DNA of 64,000 nt from the human T2T-CHM13v2.0 reference genome, Homo sapiens, in the NCBI RefSeq assembly GCF_009914755.1, contig NC_060935.1. One strand, written 5' to 3'. The stretch's first letter is position 1. Each line of letters begins with the position of its first letter. This document shows, one piece after another, positions 24,380 through 38,226 of the stretch. The position numbers and the translations under genes are program-made. The notes under the pieces are model-generated. The model was not told the DNA's origin. It worked only from the letters and a program-made list of their open reading frames with translations, and ran no database searches.

Positions 24380-26700
24380 TGTCCATTTGTTTAACAAATA
24401 TTTAGTAAGCACCTGCTAAGGACCAGACACTGTGTCAGGCCTTATAAATAGAACATTTAGGAGAGACGCCCCACCTCTACCTTCATGAAGCTCGCAGATT
24501 TGAGGTAGCAATATGCAATACACAAAGTCACAGAACACTGATACATGAGTACAAGCTGAATTAGGATGGTGTCTTCGTCCATTTCCATTACCATAAGGCT
24601 GGTAATTTATAAAGAAAAGAGGTTTACGTGGCTCACGGCTCTGCAGGCTGTAGAGGAGGCATGGCGCCACCATCTGCTTCTGGTGAGGGCCTCAGGAAGC
24701 TTCCAATCATAGCAGAAGGGAAAGGGGAGTTGGTATCACATGGCAAGAGAGGGAGCAAGAAAGACAGAGAGGAGATGCCAGGCTCTTAAACAACCAGCTC
24801 TCTTGTGAACTAACAGAGCCAGAAATCATTCCTCACTCATTACAGCCAGGAGGGCACCATATCATTCATGAGGAATCCACCCCCATGACCTAAACACCCC
24901 CAACCAAGCCCCACTCCAATCTTGGGGCTCACATTTCTAGATGAGGTTTGGAGAGAACACACATCCACACCATATCAGATGGTCATGTAGGGGTGGCATG
25001 GGCAAGACCTTACTCACACATGCAGTCTAGAGACTAGGCCACTCTGAAGAAGTAACATAATTGTTAGATTAACAGACAAATATCTAAAGCTGATAACTCA
25101 GAAGAAAAACTAGGTACAAGTATTGGGTACTGATAGAGTCTTAGATAGAAGGCAGGGCAGCCATGTGGGGTCTGGGATTGAGGTTGACTCAGGTAAGGAA
25201 TGGAGTGGAAGCCAGAGTAGTCCAAGCGAGATAGACAAGGACATGGTTGTGTTCCACAGGGCTGCAGAGGTAGACATCTCCATGGTAAAATGTCTGCATA
25301 GGTTTAACTATAGGCCTGTATTTTATGAGAATAGGCTGGACTTCTTTTGGAGAATAGACTGTAGCAGGGCCAGAGGCAGAAAGAATAGTGAAGGGACCAT
25401 TGCATCCCTATAGATGTGAGAGTACAGTCACATGATGAAAGGGTCTGCCGCTTAAGGAAGAGCTTGAGGGAGCTAGAGTGAAGGAAGGAGTCATCAGAGA
25501 ATCAGGCATGAGATGTTGATGAAAAGTTTGCAGCCAACACTTTAACGAACTTTGATGTCAAAGTGGAGTGGGGAAAAGACACAGAGGTAGAGGCAATTAG
25601 GTTCTTCAAAGGGTTTTTGTTTTGCTTTTTTGTTGTTGCTTATTTGTTTTAAGAGTAGGAACACTTGGGAACTAATTAATTCATTTTGCAAATATTTACT
25701 GAATACCTATTGGGTGCTGGGATGTTTCTAACTTTTGTTAGCCTGCATATCACCTGTGCATCTTAATTCACTAAATCCGAGTGGGGACCATGGTCTGCAT
25801 TTCCAACAAGCCCACATGCTGAGGACTTAATGAACTTTGAGTAGCCTGATTTTAGGCAGTAGAAACAAAACTGCATGAGACAAGGACCAGGCCTTCTTAC
25901 ATTGCAGTATGTAAGTATATATACTAATGAGAATGATCTTATCAATGGGAGCAAGTGCTAATGCAGGAGAAAGGGGATAACTGTCAGAGAAAAGTTACAG
26001 GGAAAGTGAGAAAACATTAGATATAAAGTATATGAAGGAAAGATGCTCTATCTGCTCTATAAGAGAAGAAAAAATAAGAGAAACCTGGGTGGCTTTGTGG
26101 ATTCAGCTATGGGAAAGCCAGGAGGCAATCTTTTCTCCAAAGTGGAAGACTAAGTTATCAGTTGAAGGTAAATGGAAGAACAGAAGAAAGGGGATGAAGG
26201 ATGCAAAAAAGTGAAATAACTATCGCAGAAAATGACATCAAAACTACTAGGGAACTATAGTGGGACTTATAGGCTATGTTGAGGTCCCATTTGTAGTTGG
26301 TGGTCAAGAATTTGTAGTGACAATATTCTGCTAGCTTTGAGAATATTCTCCAGCAATGCCTAGCTTCAGGCATAGAGAATGTAGATGATGGGTTTATCCC
26401 GTGTTGGAGTACGCCAAGTGAGCAACAGGGAGGAAGGCAAGGATTACAGGAATTACAAAATATTGAATAAAAATAGTGAAGATAGGAGGGGCTGACGGAT
26501 ACAGAGAATGTGGTAGGCTCAATGCATTAGAAGTCTTAATAAAGTCCTTGAGCAAATCAGCTGGAATGAAAGAAATTATACACGATGAAAAGTTGAAATA
26601 AGTGTGAAATGAGCAATAGTCACCCTTGTCAATGATGGGGATGTGAACTAACTTAGAGGCAAGTTGGTTCTTCTAAGTTCATATTGACAATATCAAGAAT
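24380..26700 (-). mobile_element. Fragmented L2 relics interrupted by the MST LTR and a MER5-like element (~25730-25845)
   Basis: L2 tail tttaacaaatatttagtaagcacctgct..., followed by purine-rich L2-antisense sequence. Confidence 0.55.
24570..24977 (-). mobile_element. MSTB-like MaLR solo LTR inserted in an L2, 5-bp TSD GATGG
   Basis: tgtcttcgtcc...aatttataaagaaaagagg...ggcctcaggaagcttccaatcat...ccatatca; gatgg at 24565-24569 and 24978-24982. Confidence 0.9.
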
Positions 26701-26779
26701 GATGATGAGAGCTGAGAGTTCTTTATGAGGTTTTGCGAAATGTATAAATCGAGCATTATAGAGATAATATTAATATATT

Positions 26780-27010
26780 GTGGTGTTCAGGAGAATGCCT
26801 GTCATTGGACAGATGTGGGCTCTGCCACTTACTAACACAGAGCACTAAGATAAGCATTTTGTTTAACCTCTCAGAATCTTCATTTGTGCATCTGTGAAGT
26901 GGGATGAACGTATTTTCCTCATGGCATTACACAGTGCTATTATGAGGACTGAAGAAAGTGATGCGTGTTGAGAATAGGAATTATACTTGGTAAATAGTGC
27001 CTGCTCTATT
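26780..27010 (+). mobile_element. MIR SINE
   Basis: ggctctgccacttacta...tttaacctctcagaatcttcatttgtgcatctgtgaagtgggat. Confidence 0.75.
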
Positions 27011-28206
27011 AGTACGAGCACTGTTGCCTCATCTGGACAAATATAATTCAAGCTCTATGATCTAAGAGTGCATGTGAGTTTAACCAAGTGATACTGAATC
27101 CGTTCGCATATCCTTTTCCAAGCAGTTCTGATGCCTTCTCCTTCTGTACTTCCAAATCTATAAAAACGGATATTGATGTGGTATTAATCAGAAATAACAA
27201 GAAATTTACATTTTTAGCATTACTAGCTAATCCTTCTAGGGCTGTTCCAGTCTACCTATAGATTCTCGTACTTCTAGTAACATTTTCTGTTTTTTCAAAA
27301 ATGTCTTACTCTCCAGAAGTGTTCTATACTCAACCTACGTAGAATTCTGCAGTGGGATTTCATTTCCCTCTGAGGTTTATTTTCTCAGCTATAGCCACTG
27401 AGACAACTTTAACTTTTTATTTTGATCAGGCCTTTTTCACAGTGTGTTGACACAGTGGTTGATGGGCTGGTTTCTAGATTGATGTCCTGTGGTTGGTGAA
27501 ATGCTGTATTTCTAAAAATACATAATTGGGAGATCAATCAACACAATTGTGCACACCTGAAGCAGAATTCAGTTGGCCCACAGGCCCCAATAGCTTAGGC
27601 ACTAGTGTTGTCCTTTTCTTGGACAGCGTCAGTGTATAAACAGGATACTGCTCAGTCTAGAAGAACCATTCTCAAGCAGATTGAGGCATTCCTGAAGTCA
27701 GATGCCAACCATGTGTCAGCGCTGAAGGAGATGAGGGACATGGAGTGATGGGAATCAGATCACAGGTGAATGGGTTAAGGAGCTTCAGAGAAACACATCC
27801 AATTCCCTAAGGAGACATTCACTGCACAGATACTGCTGGGCACCATGGAAAAGGGAAAAGGGAAAATTATTCTAAGGGTCTTACTCCCAACCCAAGGTGA
27901 CACCATTAGCTAGTGAAGCAGTTTTTTGGAGTCAGTAATGGGGCTGCATCTTAGGAAAGATGAGTAACCACAGATTTTAGCAAATGGTATCTCCACAGAA
28001 AAATGCACTGAGCAAGCTGCTCGGGTATTGTCATCTCTTCTTTTAGAGTCACAGTCTGGCTTTGGAACACCTTTATGTCCACCTTCTTCCATCGTGACTC
28101 ACTTAAATGGTGGTGCTACAGTACAAGGCAAAGCCATTTCTGAAGCAATGAGCTTTTGGGTATAGAAGAAAAGTGTCTTTTGAGGCAAGAATGATAAAAA
28201 GTCTCT

Positions 28207-28256
28207 TCTTTCCCAATATCCAGCCCCATTTTCCATCTTTCCCAATATCCAGCCCC
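28207..28256. repeat. 21-bp perfect direct repeat, period 29
   Basis: tctttcccaatatccagcccc at 28207 and 28236. Confidence 0.92.
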
Positions 28257-31200
28257 TCTGGTCATCAGCAATGGTTTGGAGTTCCACGTAAAGTTGTAAA
28301 AGGCAATGAAGGTATAGCTCTCACACCTGCCTGCTTGTTATATAGAGCCTTTTAGGGAGCTACCCACTGACTAGTCAGGGATGCCTTAAGAAGCCACCCA
28401 GAACAATTCTTGTTATTTATTTGTCATCTGGCTCTGACTCTGCCCTCCCTTCCTCCACATCCTGAACAGCTTTAAAATTCAGCCTCCCAATTTTTTCATT
28501 ATGCTTGGCAAAGAAGTGAGCAAGATGAAATTAAAATGTTTCCCAAGCACACACCATTTTAATTCCATTCAATAGATTATCCTGACATATTTACTCACGA
28601 CCATGTCTGTCTCAGTATCATCCATGGAAAAGTATAAATTAAAATTTTAAATTAAAAGCAGAGAGTCTGGGGAGCTTGATATCTTTTTGAAGAATGGCGC
28701 AAGTCAGCCACAGGCTCCCGCACAACTATCGTGGGAGCAAAGACTTCGGCAGTGCAGAAATTACAGCCCACAGATTTCCCTACAAATACCTGCCTACATA
28801 TAATGTACGGGATCACAGAATCCCACAGACGGGCAAGACCACAAAGGCCATTCTTCTTTCTCCAGAACTGTGCATAAACAAACCTCCTCCCCTTTTTGGT
28901 TCAAATGAAACTCACCCAGAACTGCTAAAGGACTGATTTATTTATGGAACCAAAAAATATACTGAAAATTGATTTGCTTTTATTCTGTCCATAAAATTTC
29001 TGTGTAGCATATGGGGTAAGATAATAAATATTTTAATAAGAAGTATATAAGTTCCAGTCACAGGTCTATAATTTACTAAACTCCTGATCCTCTGTGAATA
29101 TCAGTTTTCTCATTTGGAAATAATATTTGTAAAAAAAACAAAAACTATAGATTGTAGTGAATATCCAAAGAAACTATTTTTTTTTAGCACTGTTGCCACA
29201 GTTCTGGAGCATAGTGAATAGTCAATAAATGTTTGCTATTATATTTACATAATTACTTACTACTAAAGAGTAATGATACCCCTCATGTTATAATGATCTT
29301 AACTTTTCCTAGTGTTCATCTCTCCATCTACACATACATCAGTTTTACAGTTTGGAAAATTAAGTAGGACATCCATCTCTTCCAATCACAACCCATAGAC
29401 TGTGCTGCCTCAAGTTTAGAAAACAGAAATTGTGTGTGTTCAGGTGACTGTGGCTTAATGGCCAACTAGTAGGCCAGTAGCTTTCCTTGATTCATCCTGT
29501 GCCATCCTGAACAGATTACACATCTGAACAAAACCTTATTTGAGTTTTTAAAAATAAAACTCTCATGAAACAGACAGATGGGCAGGGACAGATGGCGGAG
29601 AAGGGATGGGAGGTGAAGTCTTCACCGTTCCTACAGCATTGCTCCTGTAGAATGTCAACTCTGCCTGTTTAAAAATATATGCTATATATTTTTAATAAGC
29701 CAATCATCTTTTCCAGAATAGTGGCTTATTTTATACAGATTATGCGAACTGTCTCTCCTAAAAAATAAAATAGAAGGCAGGCAAAACTCTTTCCTTGGGC
29801 CATGAAAAGCCCAGAGAGATATTCCCTGGAGGCAATAAAGCCACAGGGTTAACTTGCAAATGTTTCCAGTTCAGGCACCAAGAGTTGCTGCTTTTAATTT
29901 GTGTCACCTAGAAATCAGCACCACCAGATTGCTAATATGGGAGGAAGAGGGTATTCTTAGCTGCTGAGACTCTCTGAACTGCTCCGAGGCAACCAAAATA
30001 ACAGGGAGTCTGACCCGAAGGTAACCTGAATTTCTCCAGCCTTCTCCATTTTACTCATATGTATGAAACAGCACTCAACATGTGGGCAAGACACTAAGAA
30101 AGACTGAGCTTGTGGGACTCTCTGTAGAGGAGGATCCTTCCATAGAAACTTGTAAGGGTTTAAGAAGCTCTGGCATGAAAACCCAAATTTTCATTATAAG
30201 TAGGGAAAGTCGAGTTTCCTTATCATGGATTTTAAATAAATAAGTTGAGAAAGAAAGAGAAGGAGAGAGAAAAGGAAGAAAAAAAAGAGAAAAAAGAAAA
30301 CGAGAAGAAATAAATCTTTAGAAATGCATATGTAGAAAATGTATAATTTACTCTGTACTTTACAGCCAATACACCACCTTAATTGTGTTCTGCTCAAGTG
30401 ACTATTGAAATTATTATGCACTTCCTCAGCACACTGACTACAGATTCCTGTTATTCTGTAATGATTCTTTTGTAACACTTCCCTATTTGGCACTCAACAG
30501 ATCTGCTGTCTGTGCTCTTATAACTTGACCTCACATTGCCCTTGCCATCAGTCCAGCTGGGGTCTCTCATTCTCCTTTTCCTGCTCACACCTAGACTAGC
30601 ACAAGTCCTACTTAGGCCACAGGTACAAAGAGAAGGGTCCCCTTCTACTCAAATTAACTGTGGGAAAGCAAAGCACAGCCTGGTTAAGCCCTCGGGGATT
30701 GCAGCAGAGTGGAGAATTACTCCTGTCTCAGTTCATTATAATGAATAATAAAGAAATACTTACATGTGCTTTTTAGTAAATTATTCGTCTTGTGCACTGA
30801 AGAATCAGGGCAGTAATACGCAAGGGAAACAACTAGTGCATTTGGGGTCCTAAAGTACTCAATCTAAAGCATTTTCAAAGACCATCTCCCACCTTCATTA
30901 AGCACTGAAGTAGTTGTGGATCTTGGAAAGAAGCGGCTTAAATCAAACACTTCCATCTCCCTCCTTGCTCTCTGTGTGTGGCTCCCTGTAAAGCTGATGC
31001 TATTTAAAACATATTTGTTATTTTAGCGTAGCTCCAAGTCTCTTGAAGCAACCGGAAAATCTCAGCAGGACCACCACTTTGCTGTCTGCAGCCATCATCA
31101 GGAGGTAATTAAGAGAGCGAGAATTGTTTCCAAACCAATAAAGCTCTTCCACGACCCTCTATTATCCCCATATTCACCCAGCCCCAACCCCTCTCTATTA

Positions 31201-33219
31201 ACAGGAGATCCATTGATTCCTGTAGGAGACAACATATTTAGCTTGGTTCTTCACTGCTTCCTACTTGATTTCATTGTACTGTCATTTGTCCATGCTTAGG
31301 GGCCAACATATTGAGATGTTTTGAAAACCATCACTGATTGTTGTAATATCACCTTCATTCCAGGGTAAATGAACATGAGGAATGAAATATTTTGGGGCTT
31401 CAGATTTTGCTTCTCTAAGAAATAAGAGACTTTGCTCTTCTTAGGCCTTCATTTGTCAAGCTTAAAAAAAAATCCTAACACCATTTGACCTGTTGATACT
31501 TCTAAGTCATCAATGCATATTAGCAATAAGGTTAATGCTACACACCTTATTTGGTACAGTTTGCACAAGATGCTTGCCCCAAATGAGGTCTGGCACCATT
31601 CACTGATGAGTGGTATCGTCCTTCCTGACACAGCACAGTTAATGTCCGCTCATGACTTGGTCTTGTCCTTAGAACGCATGGGTGAAGATCAGAGGTGATG
31701 TTCATGAGCAAAACCAAACCAAACATAAAATGCATGATGATGATGATGATGATCGTGATGGTGGTGCAAACAGAGAAAAATAGATCACAGAGAGATGGAA
31801 GTGGGTGGGCCATTGGGGCATCAGACATGAGGAAAGTGTCTCTATGACTGTCCTCAAAACGCAAGGGAGAAACCAAGTGAGAGGACTATTTTCAGGAGTG
31901 AGAATCAAGAAGCCAAGCAATTGTTTTCAATGCTGTCACTGATGACCAAGAGACATTATTGAGCTCATCAACTGCACCCAGGTTGATTAGCTGTATTTAT
32001 GCTCTGATAGGGTTGGGGCAGGGTTGGGAGGTGGAAAAAAGCCCTATTTTGAAAGGGGTCATTGGCTCCTCAGAGTTTGAGGAGAAAGCACTTTCTGTTT
32101 TGGTCATTGAGTATTGGAAACTACACTTCTGACAGGAAGAAACACGTATCTGTAACCATTTAGAACTCCACAGGGAGAATTTTTCCACCCATTTTTTCTC
32201 ACCTTATGATGACTTGTCAAAACAGCAATCATAAATTTTCCCAGAAGCAGAATTGGGGCCAAAAACTGAATAGCAACTAGACAGCATGAATCCAAAGGGT
32301 AGTGGTCTCTGCCACTCTGTGAAGCTCCACTCTATCCCATTCCTTCCTTCCCTTTTCTCTCCTAACCCACTATTAGCAATTTACCCTGAGGCCTTCCTAC
32401 TTCTGTACTACCCTGGTTCTACCTTTTTCCAATTGACCAGTACTATGAAAATGTATATTGAAAGCATATAGGCAGTGTATGGTTGAAGAGGCTCTTCAAA
32501 GTGTTTAGATAAAGCAGACAAGCTCTGACAAAGCTAGCTAATAAACCAGGCCAGGAGGTTTTTCCTTGAAGGTGGCTAATTAAGAACAAAGCAAACATAC
32601 ACTAACAGTCTCCTCTAGGCACTGCGTTCACCTCAGAAGAAATTTTACTATAAATCCAGAAAAGAAAACTTAGCATCACAGCAGAGCGGTCGAAGCAGAG
32701 AGAACTAGAGAGGCTTGCAGCTTTGCTGTGGGTGGAAGGGGCATCCAGGGAAAGGAAATCCAAAGCCTCTGAAACAGGAAGCATTTAAATCTGCAGGAAG
32801 CTGAGCCAAGCTCAACAGATGGCAGGAGAGGAAACCTGGCCTCACCATTGAAGGCTGAACTTTTTGGCAGGGTGAACAGCCCCAGTGAATAATCAGATTT
32901 ATTTTGTGTTGTATTTTTTAAGTGGAAAGTTCGACTTGATCTCTTGACAAAAGAAAATGTCACCCAAAGTCTATGTGCACACTCCAAGAAACCCAAGGTG
33001 GGGTGGCACTTGTCTTATAAAATTAAATTAATTCAAAGACAACTTTTGGTGACTTTGAGGGTGGTGATAATGGCTGCTTTTTAATTAAAGTTTATTAAAT
33101 TCTTAAGATCATAATACTTCTGAGTACAATTTTTCACATTATATAAGTGATTCAGGAAGCTTATGAAAAGGAGTATATTAAACCAACACAGAGCTCACTC
33201 TAAGGTGGAACAGGTAGGG

Positions 33220-33400
33220 TATTTGAAAGACCTTCTCATTGCTGAGTTGCAATATCCCTCTCTAAGGCACATCCACTGGTTCTAGTTCTTCCTTGTAGCA
33301 GAAATAAATCCAGTGCTGCTTCTTCATGGCAGTCCTTCATGAAGATGAAGAAAACTATATTATCCACTCTAAGTTATGTCATTTTGTGAATAAGCTTTTC
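33220..33400 (-). mobile_element. L3/CR1 relic
   Basis: ccactggttctagttcttcc...tcttcatggcagtccttc...tgaagaaaacta resembles the CR1 3' region. Confidence 0.5.
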
Positions 33401-33587
33401 CACTTACCGTTTTTAAATCAGCTACTATTCATATGTTCCTTGTTCACATGAGTAAATTTCCCTGTGTCATTAAATAGAATATCCTACAGAAAGACAGGCC
33501 ATCTAGACAGGTGAGTCACATTAGGAAGCAACTAGAAGGTGCAATTCAGTGGTTCGGATTTTGCCATGCCTAGAAGTATGACAGCCC

Positions 33588-33594
33588 ATATATA

Positions 33595-33642
<48 letters not shown>

Positions 33643-33683
33643 ACTTTACATATATATATATAAAACGTTATATATGTATATAT
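33588..33683. repeat. Compound (TG)n/(TA)n microsatellite
   Basis: Read directly. Confidence 0.93.
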
Positions 33684-33869
33684 CTTTCATTGTGAATTTA
33701 AATAAAAACAAACTTATCTGCATATATAAAAGATTTCACTTTTATTTACAAAAATCTTGGAGACACAACCCCTCACACACAATGACACAATGTATAGCTC
33801 TTAATTACACCCTCGCCTCCCCTTTCTTATCCAGGAACACAAACATTTCTATTCAAAATTGTATTTAAG

Positions 33870-36800
33870 CTTGCAATATGCACAATTAGGTAAGAAGTGA
33901 TATAAAAGGCACCCAGTTTGGAAAGAAACAATTAAAAATATGTCTCTGCGAATGAAATATCTTACATATAGAAAATCATAAGGATTCCACCAAAATAAAA
34001 AAACGCAAGTAGAATGAATAAAGAAATTTAGCAAGGTTGCAGAACACAAGATCAATATATAAAAATTAACTGTGTTTCTATACATTAGCAATGAAAAATC
34101 TGAAAATGAAGTTAAGAAATCAATTTCATTTACAATACAATCAAAATGAATAAAATATTTTAAACTACTTTTTACAAAAGAATTACAAAGCTTATGCTCT
34201 AAAAACAAAAGTGTTGAAATAAATTTGAAAAACCTAAGTATTAATAAATGGAAAATGGCCAACGCCCATGAATTGGACAATTTAATATTGTGAAGATGGT
34301 CATATTTCCCAAACTGTTCTACAGAGTCGATGCAGTCTTTATCAACATTTCAGCTGGCTTCTTGGCAGGAATTGACCAGCTGATTATAAAATTTACATAG
34401 AAATCCAAGGGACTCAGAACAGCCACACAATCTTGTAAAAGGAGAAAAAAGTTGGAGGAATCACACTTTCCAATGTTAAAGCTTACTAAAAAGCTACAGC
34501 AATTAAGTCAGTGTAGCACTGGCATAAAGATAAACATATAGATCAATGGAATAGAATTGAGAATTCAGAAATAAACTCTCACATTTAGAGTTGGTTGATT
34601 TTTGACAATAGTGCCAAGGCCATTGAATAGGGGAAATAATAGTATTTTAAAGAAATGGTGCTGGGACAGCTGGATGTCCACACACAATTGAATACAGCTG
34701 GAACTCTGTTTCATATCACATACAAAAAATAACTCAATATGTATCAAAACCCTAAAGGTAAAAGTTACAACTCTCTTAGAAGAAAACATAGACATAGTCT
34801 TTGGGACTGGATTAAGCAAATGGTTTCTTATATATAACACCTAAAGTATAAGCAACAAATAAAAAAATTGATAAATTGGATTTCATAAAAATTAACAACT
34901 TTTGTATTTCAAAGAGCACCAGTGAGAAAGTAAAAAAAAAATCTATAGAATGAGATAAAATATTTGCCAATTATATATCTGATAAGTGACTTGTTTCTTG
35001 AATATATAACTTAACACTTACAACTCAAGAACAACAAAAAATCCAGACAACCCAATTTAAAACAAAACTATCTGAATAGATATTTCTCAAAGATATATAA
35101 ATGGCCAATAAGCACATGGAAGTAAGCTAATATTATTAATCATTAGTAATACATAAAGCCTTAATAAAATACCATTTTAGGCCCACTAGAGCAGCTATAA
35201 TAAGAAAAAAAGAAAGAAAGAAAACAAACAAGAAAAAAAAAAAAAAAGAAAGAACGAGAAAAAAGAAGATAACTAGGGAGCAAGGCAAGGATGTCTCTTT
35301 GTACCACTACTTTTCAACGCTGTACTAAACAGCCTGGCTAATGCATTAAGACAAGAAAAAAAGCAAACTGATTAAGAAGAAAGAAACCAAACTGTCTTTG
35401 TTCACATATCACATTTGATATAATCATCTATGTAGAAAATATGAAATAAATGACCAAAAAATCCTTCCTGGACTAATAAGCAATTATAGCAAGGTTGCAG
35501 GATACAAAGTTAGTATATAAAAGTCAATCACTTTCATATATGCCCCCAAGAAATATGTGGAGACTGAAATTAAAAACACAGTACCATTGATATTAGCACT
35601 CCCAAAATGAGATACTTAGATATAAATCTAACAAAGTATGTGCAAGATTAATATAAGAAAAACTGTAAAACTGATGAACAAAATGAAAGATGAACCAACT
35701 AAATGAAGAGGTGTTCCATGTTCACAAACAGGAAGACTCAATATTGTCAAGATTTCAGTTCTTCTGAACTTTAGCTCTAGATTCAATGGAATTCCAATTA
35801 AAATCCCTGAAAGCTATGAAAGTTATTTTGTGGATATCGAGACACTGATTCTAAAGTTTATGTGGACAGGAAAAAGACCCAGAATAACCAACACAATATT
35901 GGAGTAAAATAATAAAGTTGGAGAACTGACAGTACCTGGCTTCAAGAATTACTATAAAGCTACACTAATCAAGACAGCATGTATTATTGGCCAAAGAATA
36001 GACTCCAAGTAAATGGGACAGAATAGAGAGCTTCCAAATAGATCTGTCTTCAGAGAGTCTACTGATCTTTTACAAAGGAGCAAAGACAATATAATTAAGA
36101 TAGTCTTTTCAACAAATGCAACTGGTACAGCTTGATGTCCACATGAAAAAGAAAAAAGAAAAAGAATCTAGACACAGATCTTACACTTGTTTAAAAAATT
36201 AACTCAAAATGGAAAACAGATAAAACAAAAAATTCTAAATCTCCTGGATAAAAACAGGAGAAAATCTAGACAAACTTAGGTTTGGCAATGACTTTTTAAA
36301 TAAAACAACAAAGGCACAATTCATGAAAGAAAGAATTGATACGCTGGATTTCATTAAAATTAAAAAATTCTGCTTTATAAAAGACACTGTCAAAAGAATT
36401 CAAAGAAACCACAGACTGGAAAAAATATCTGCAACAGACATCTCAGTTAAAGGGCTGTCATCCAAAATGTACAAAGAACTCCTAAAATTCAACAATATGA
36501 AAACAATTCATTTATAAAAGATGTCAAAGACCTTAATAGACACCTCACCAAAGAAGACATACAGATGGCAAGTAAGCATCTGAAAAGATGCTCCACATCA
36601 TATATTATCAGGGAAATGCAAATTACAACAAGGAGATACCACTACACACCTATTAACCTGGCCAAAATCCAGAACACTGACAACAACAAATGGTGACAAG
36701 GATGTGGAGCAACAGGAACTCTCCTTCATTGCCGGTAGGAATGCAAAATGATATGGCCAATTTGAAAGATAGGTTGACAGTTTTGTACAAAATTAAACGT

Positions 36801-38226
36801 ACTCTTACCTTATAATCCAACAAATGTCCTTTTTACTATTTTTCTAAAGGAGTTGAAAGTTTATGACCATGCAAAGACCTGCACACAGATGTTTACCGCA
36901 ACTTTATTCATAACTACCTAAATTAGGAAGCAACTAAGAGGTTCTTCAGTAGGTGAGTGGATAAACTGCGTTACATCCAGACAACAGAATACTATTCAGT
37001 AGTAAAAAGAAATGAGCCACAAAAAGACATGTTGGTAACTTAAATGCATATTACTAAGTAAAATATGAATTTGAAAAGGCTACATATTGTATGATTCCAG
37101 CTACATGACATTCTAGAAAAGGAAAAACTACGGAAACAGAAAAACCATCAGTGGCTATTAGGGGTTGGGCGAGGGAGAGGTGAACAGGCAGAGCAATGGG
37201 GCTTACAGGATAGTTGAACTACTCTGTATAATACTAGCGTGGTGGCTCTATCTCATTACACATTTGTCTAAAACTATGAAATGTACAAAACCAAGAGTGA
37301 ACCTTATTGTGAACTACACAGTCTGCCAGTGATGATGTGTCATTGTAGGTTCCTCAGCTGTAACAATGGCCCACTCCGGTGGGGGTGGTGATGATGGGGA
37401 GGCTCTGGGGGAGAGCAGGGGATGTGTGGGGACTCTGTATATTTCTCTCAATTTTACTGTGAACCTAAAACTGCTCTAAAAATAAATTCTATTAAGGCAG
37501 ATATTAAAATATTTGACAATAAAAAAGAAAATATTAATGAAATAATTGTTGGCCAGGATGTGAAGAGATGGGAATCCTCAGGGACTGCTTGTGGGAATGC
37601 AAAACGAGGCAGCTGTGGTGGAAAACTGTGTCAGTTTCTCAGAAGTTGATCATGAGATACTATATGACTCAGTAAGTCTATTCCTAGATACATACACAGG
37701 AGAAATGAACACACGTCCACACAAAAACGTATACACAAATGTTCATAACAGCATTATTCATTATAGACAAAAAGGAAAAATAGCCCAAATGTTAACTGAT
37801 GAATGGATGAATAAAATGTGGGTATATCCACATGGTGAAATATATTCAGCCATATATAAAGAATAAAGTAGTGATACATTCTCCAACGTGGATCAACCTT
37901 GAAAACACACTAAATGAAATAAGACAACAACAAAAGATCTCCTATTGTATGATTCCATTGATATGAACTGTTCAGAACAGGCAAATCTAAAAAGACAGAA
38001 AATAGTTGCTTGATTGCCTAAGATTGCGAAGGAAAGATGAGCAGGAAATGGGGAATGACTGTTAATAGGTATGGGATTAACCTGGAGGATGATGGAATTG
38101 TTCTAAAACTGATTGTGTAGATAGTTGTACAACTCTGCAAATATACGAAAAACAAACAAGGTGCACACTTTAAATGAGTAAAGTGTATGGCATGTAAATT
38201 ATATCACAATAAAACTGTTACAAAAA
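33870..38226 (+). mobile_element. L1MB (L1MB7/8-like) ORF2 and 3' UTR relic, split by a nested L1
   Basis: ORF2-like sequence 33870-35200 resumes at about 37545 (tgttggccaggatgtgaag...) and ends ...atgtaaattatatcacaataaaactgttacaaaaa. Confidence 0.85.
35275..37495 (+). mobile_element. L1MC1/2-like element nested in the L1MB
   Basis: ORF2 segment restarts (ggagcaaggcaaggatgtc...); 3' UTR atgtacaaaaccaagagtgaacc...tgtgaacctaaaactgctctaaaaataaa. Confidence 0.8.

Noticed and set aside
29912-29932. REST/RE1 site (tcagcacc...)
   Set aside because: Only the left half matches; the GGACAG half is absent.
30240-30312. Long pyrimidine tract (- strand) as a splice acceptor
   Set aside because: The first downstream AG is a weak AAG ~25 nt away and no matching donor follows.
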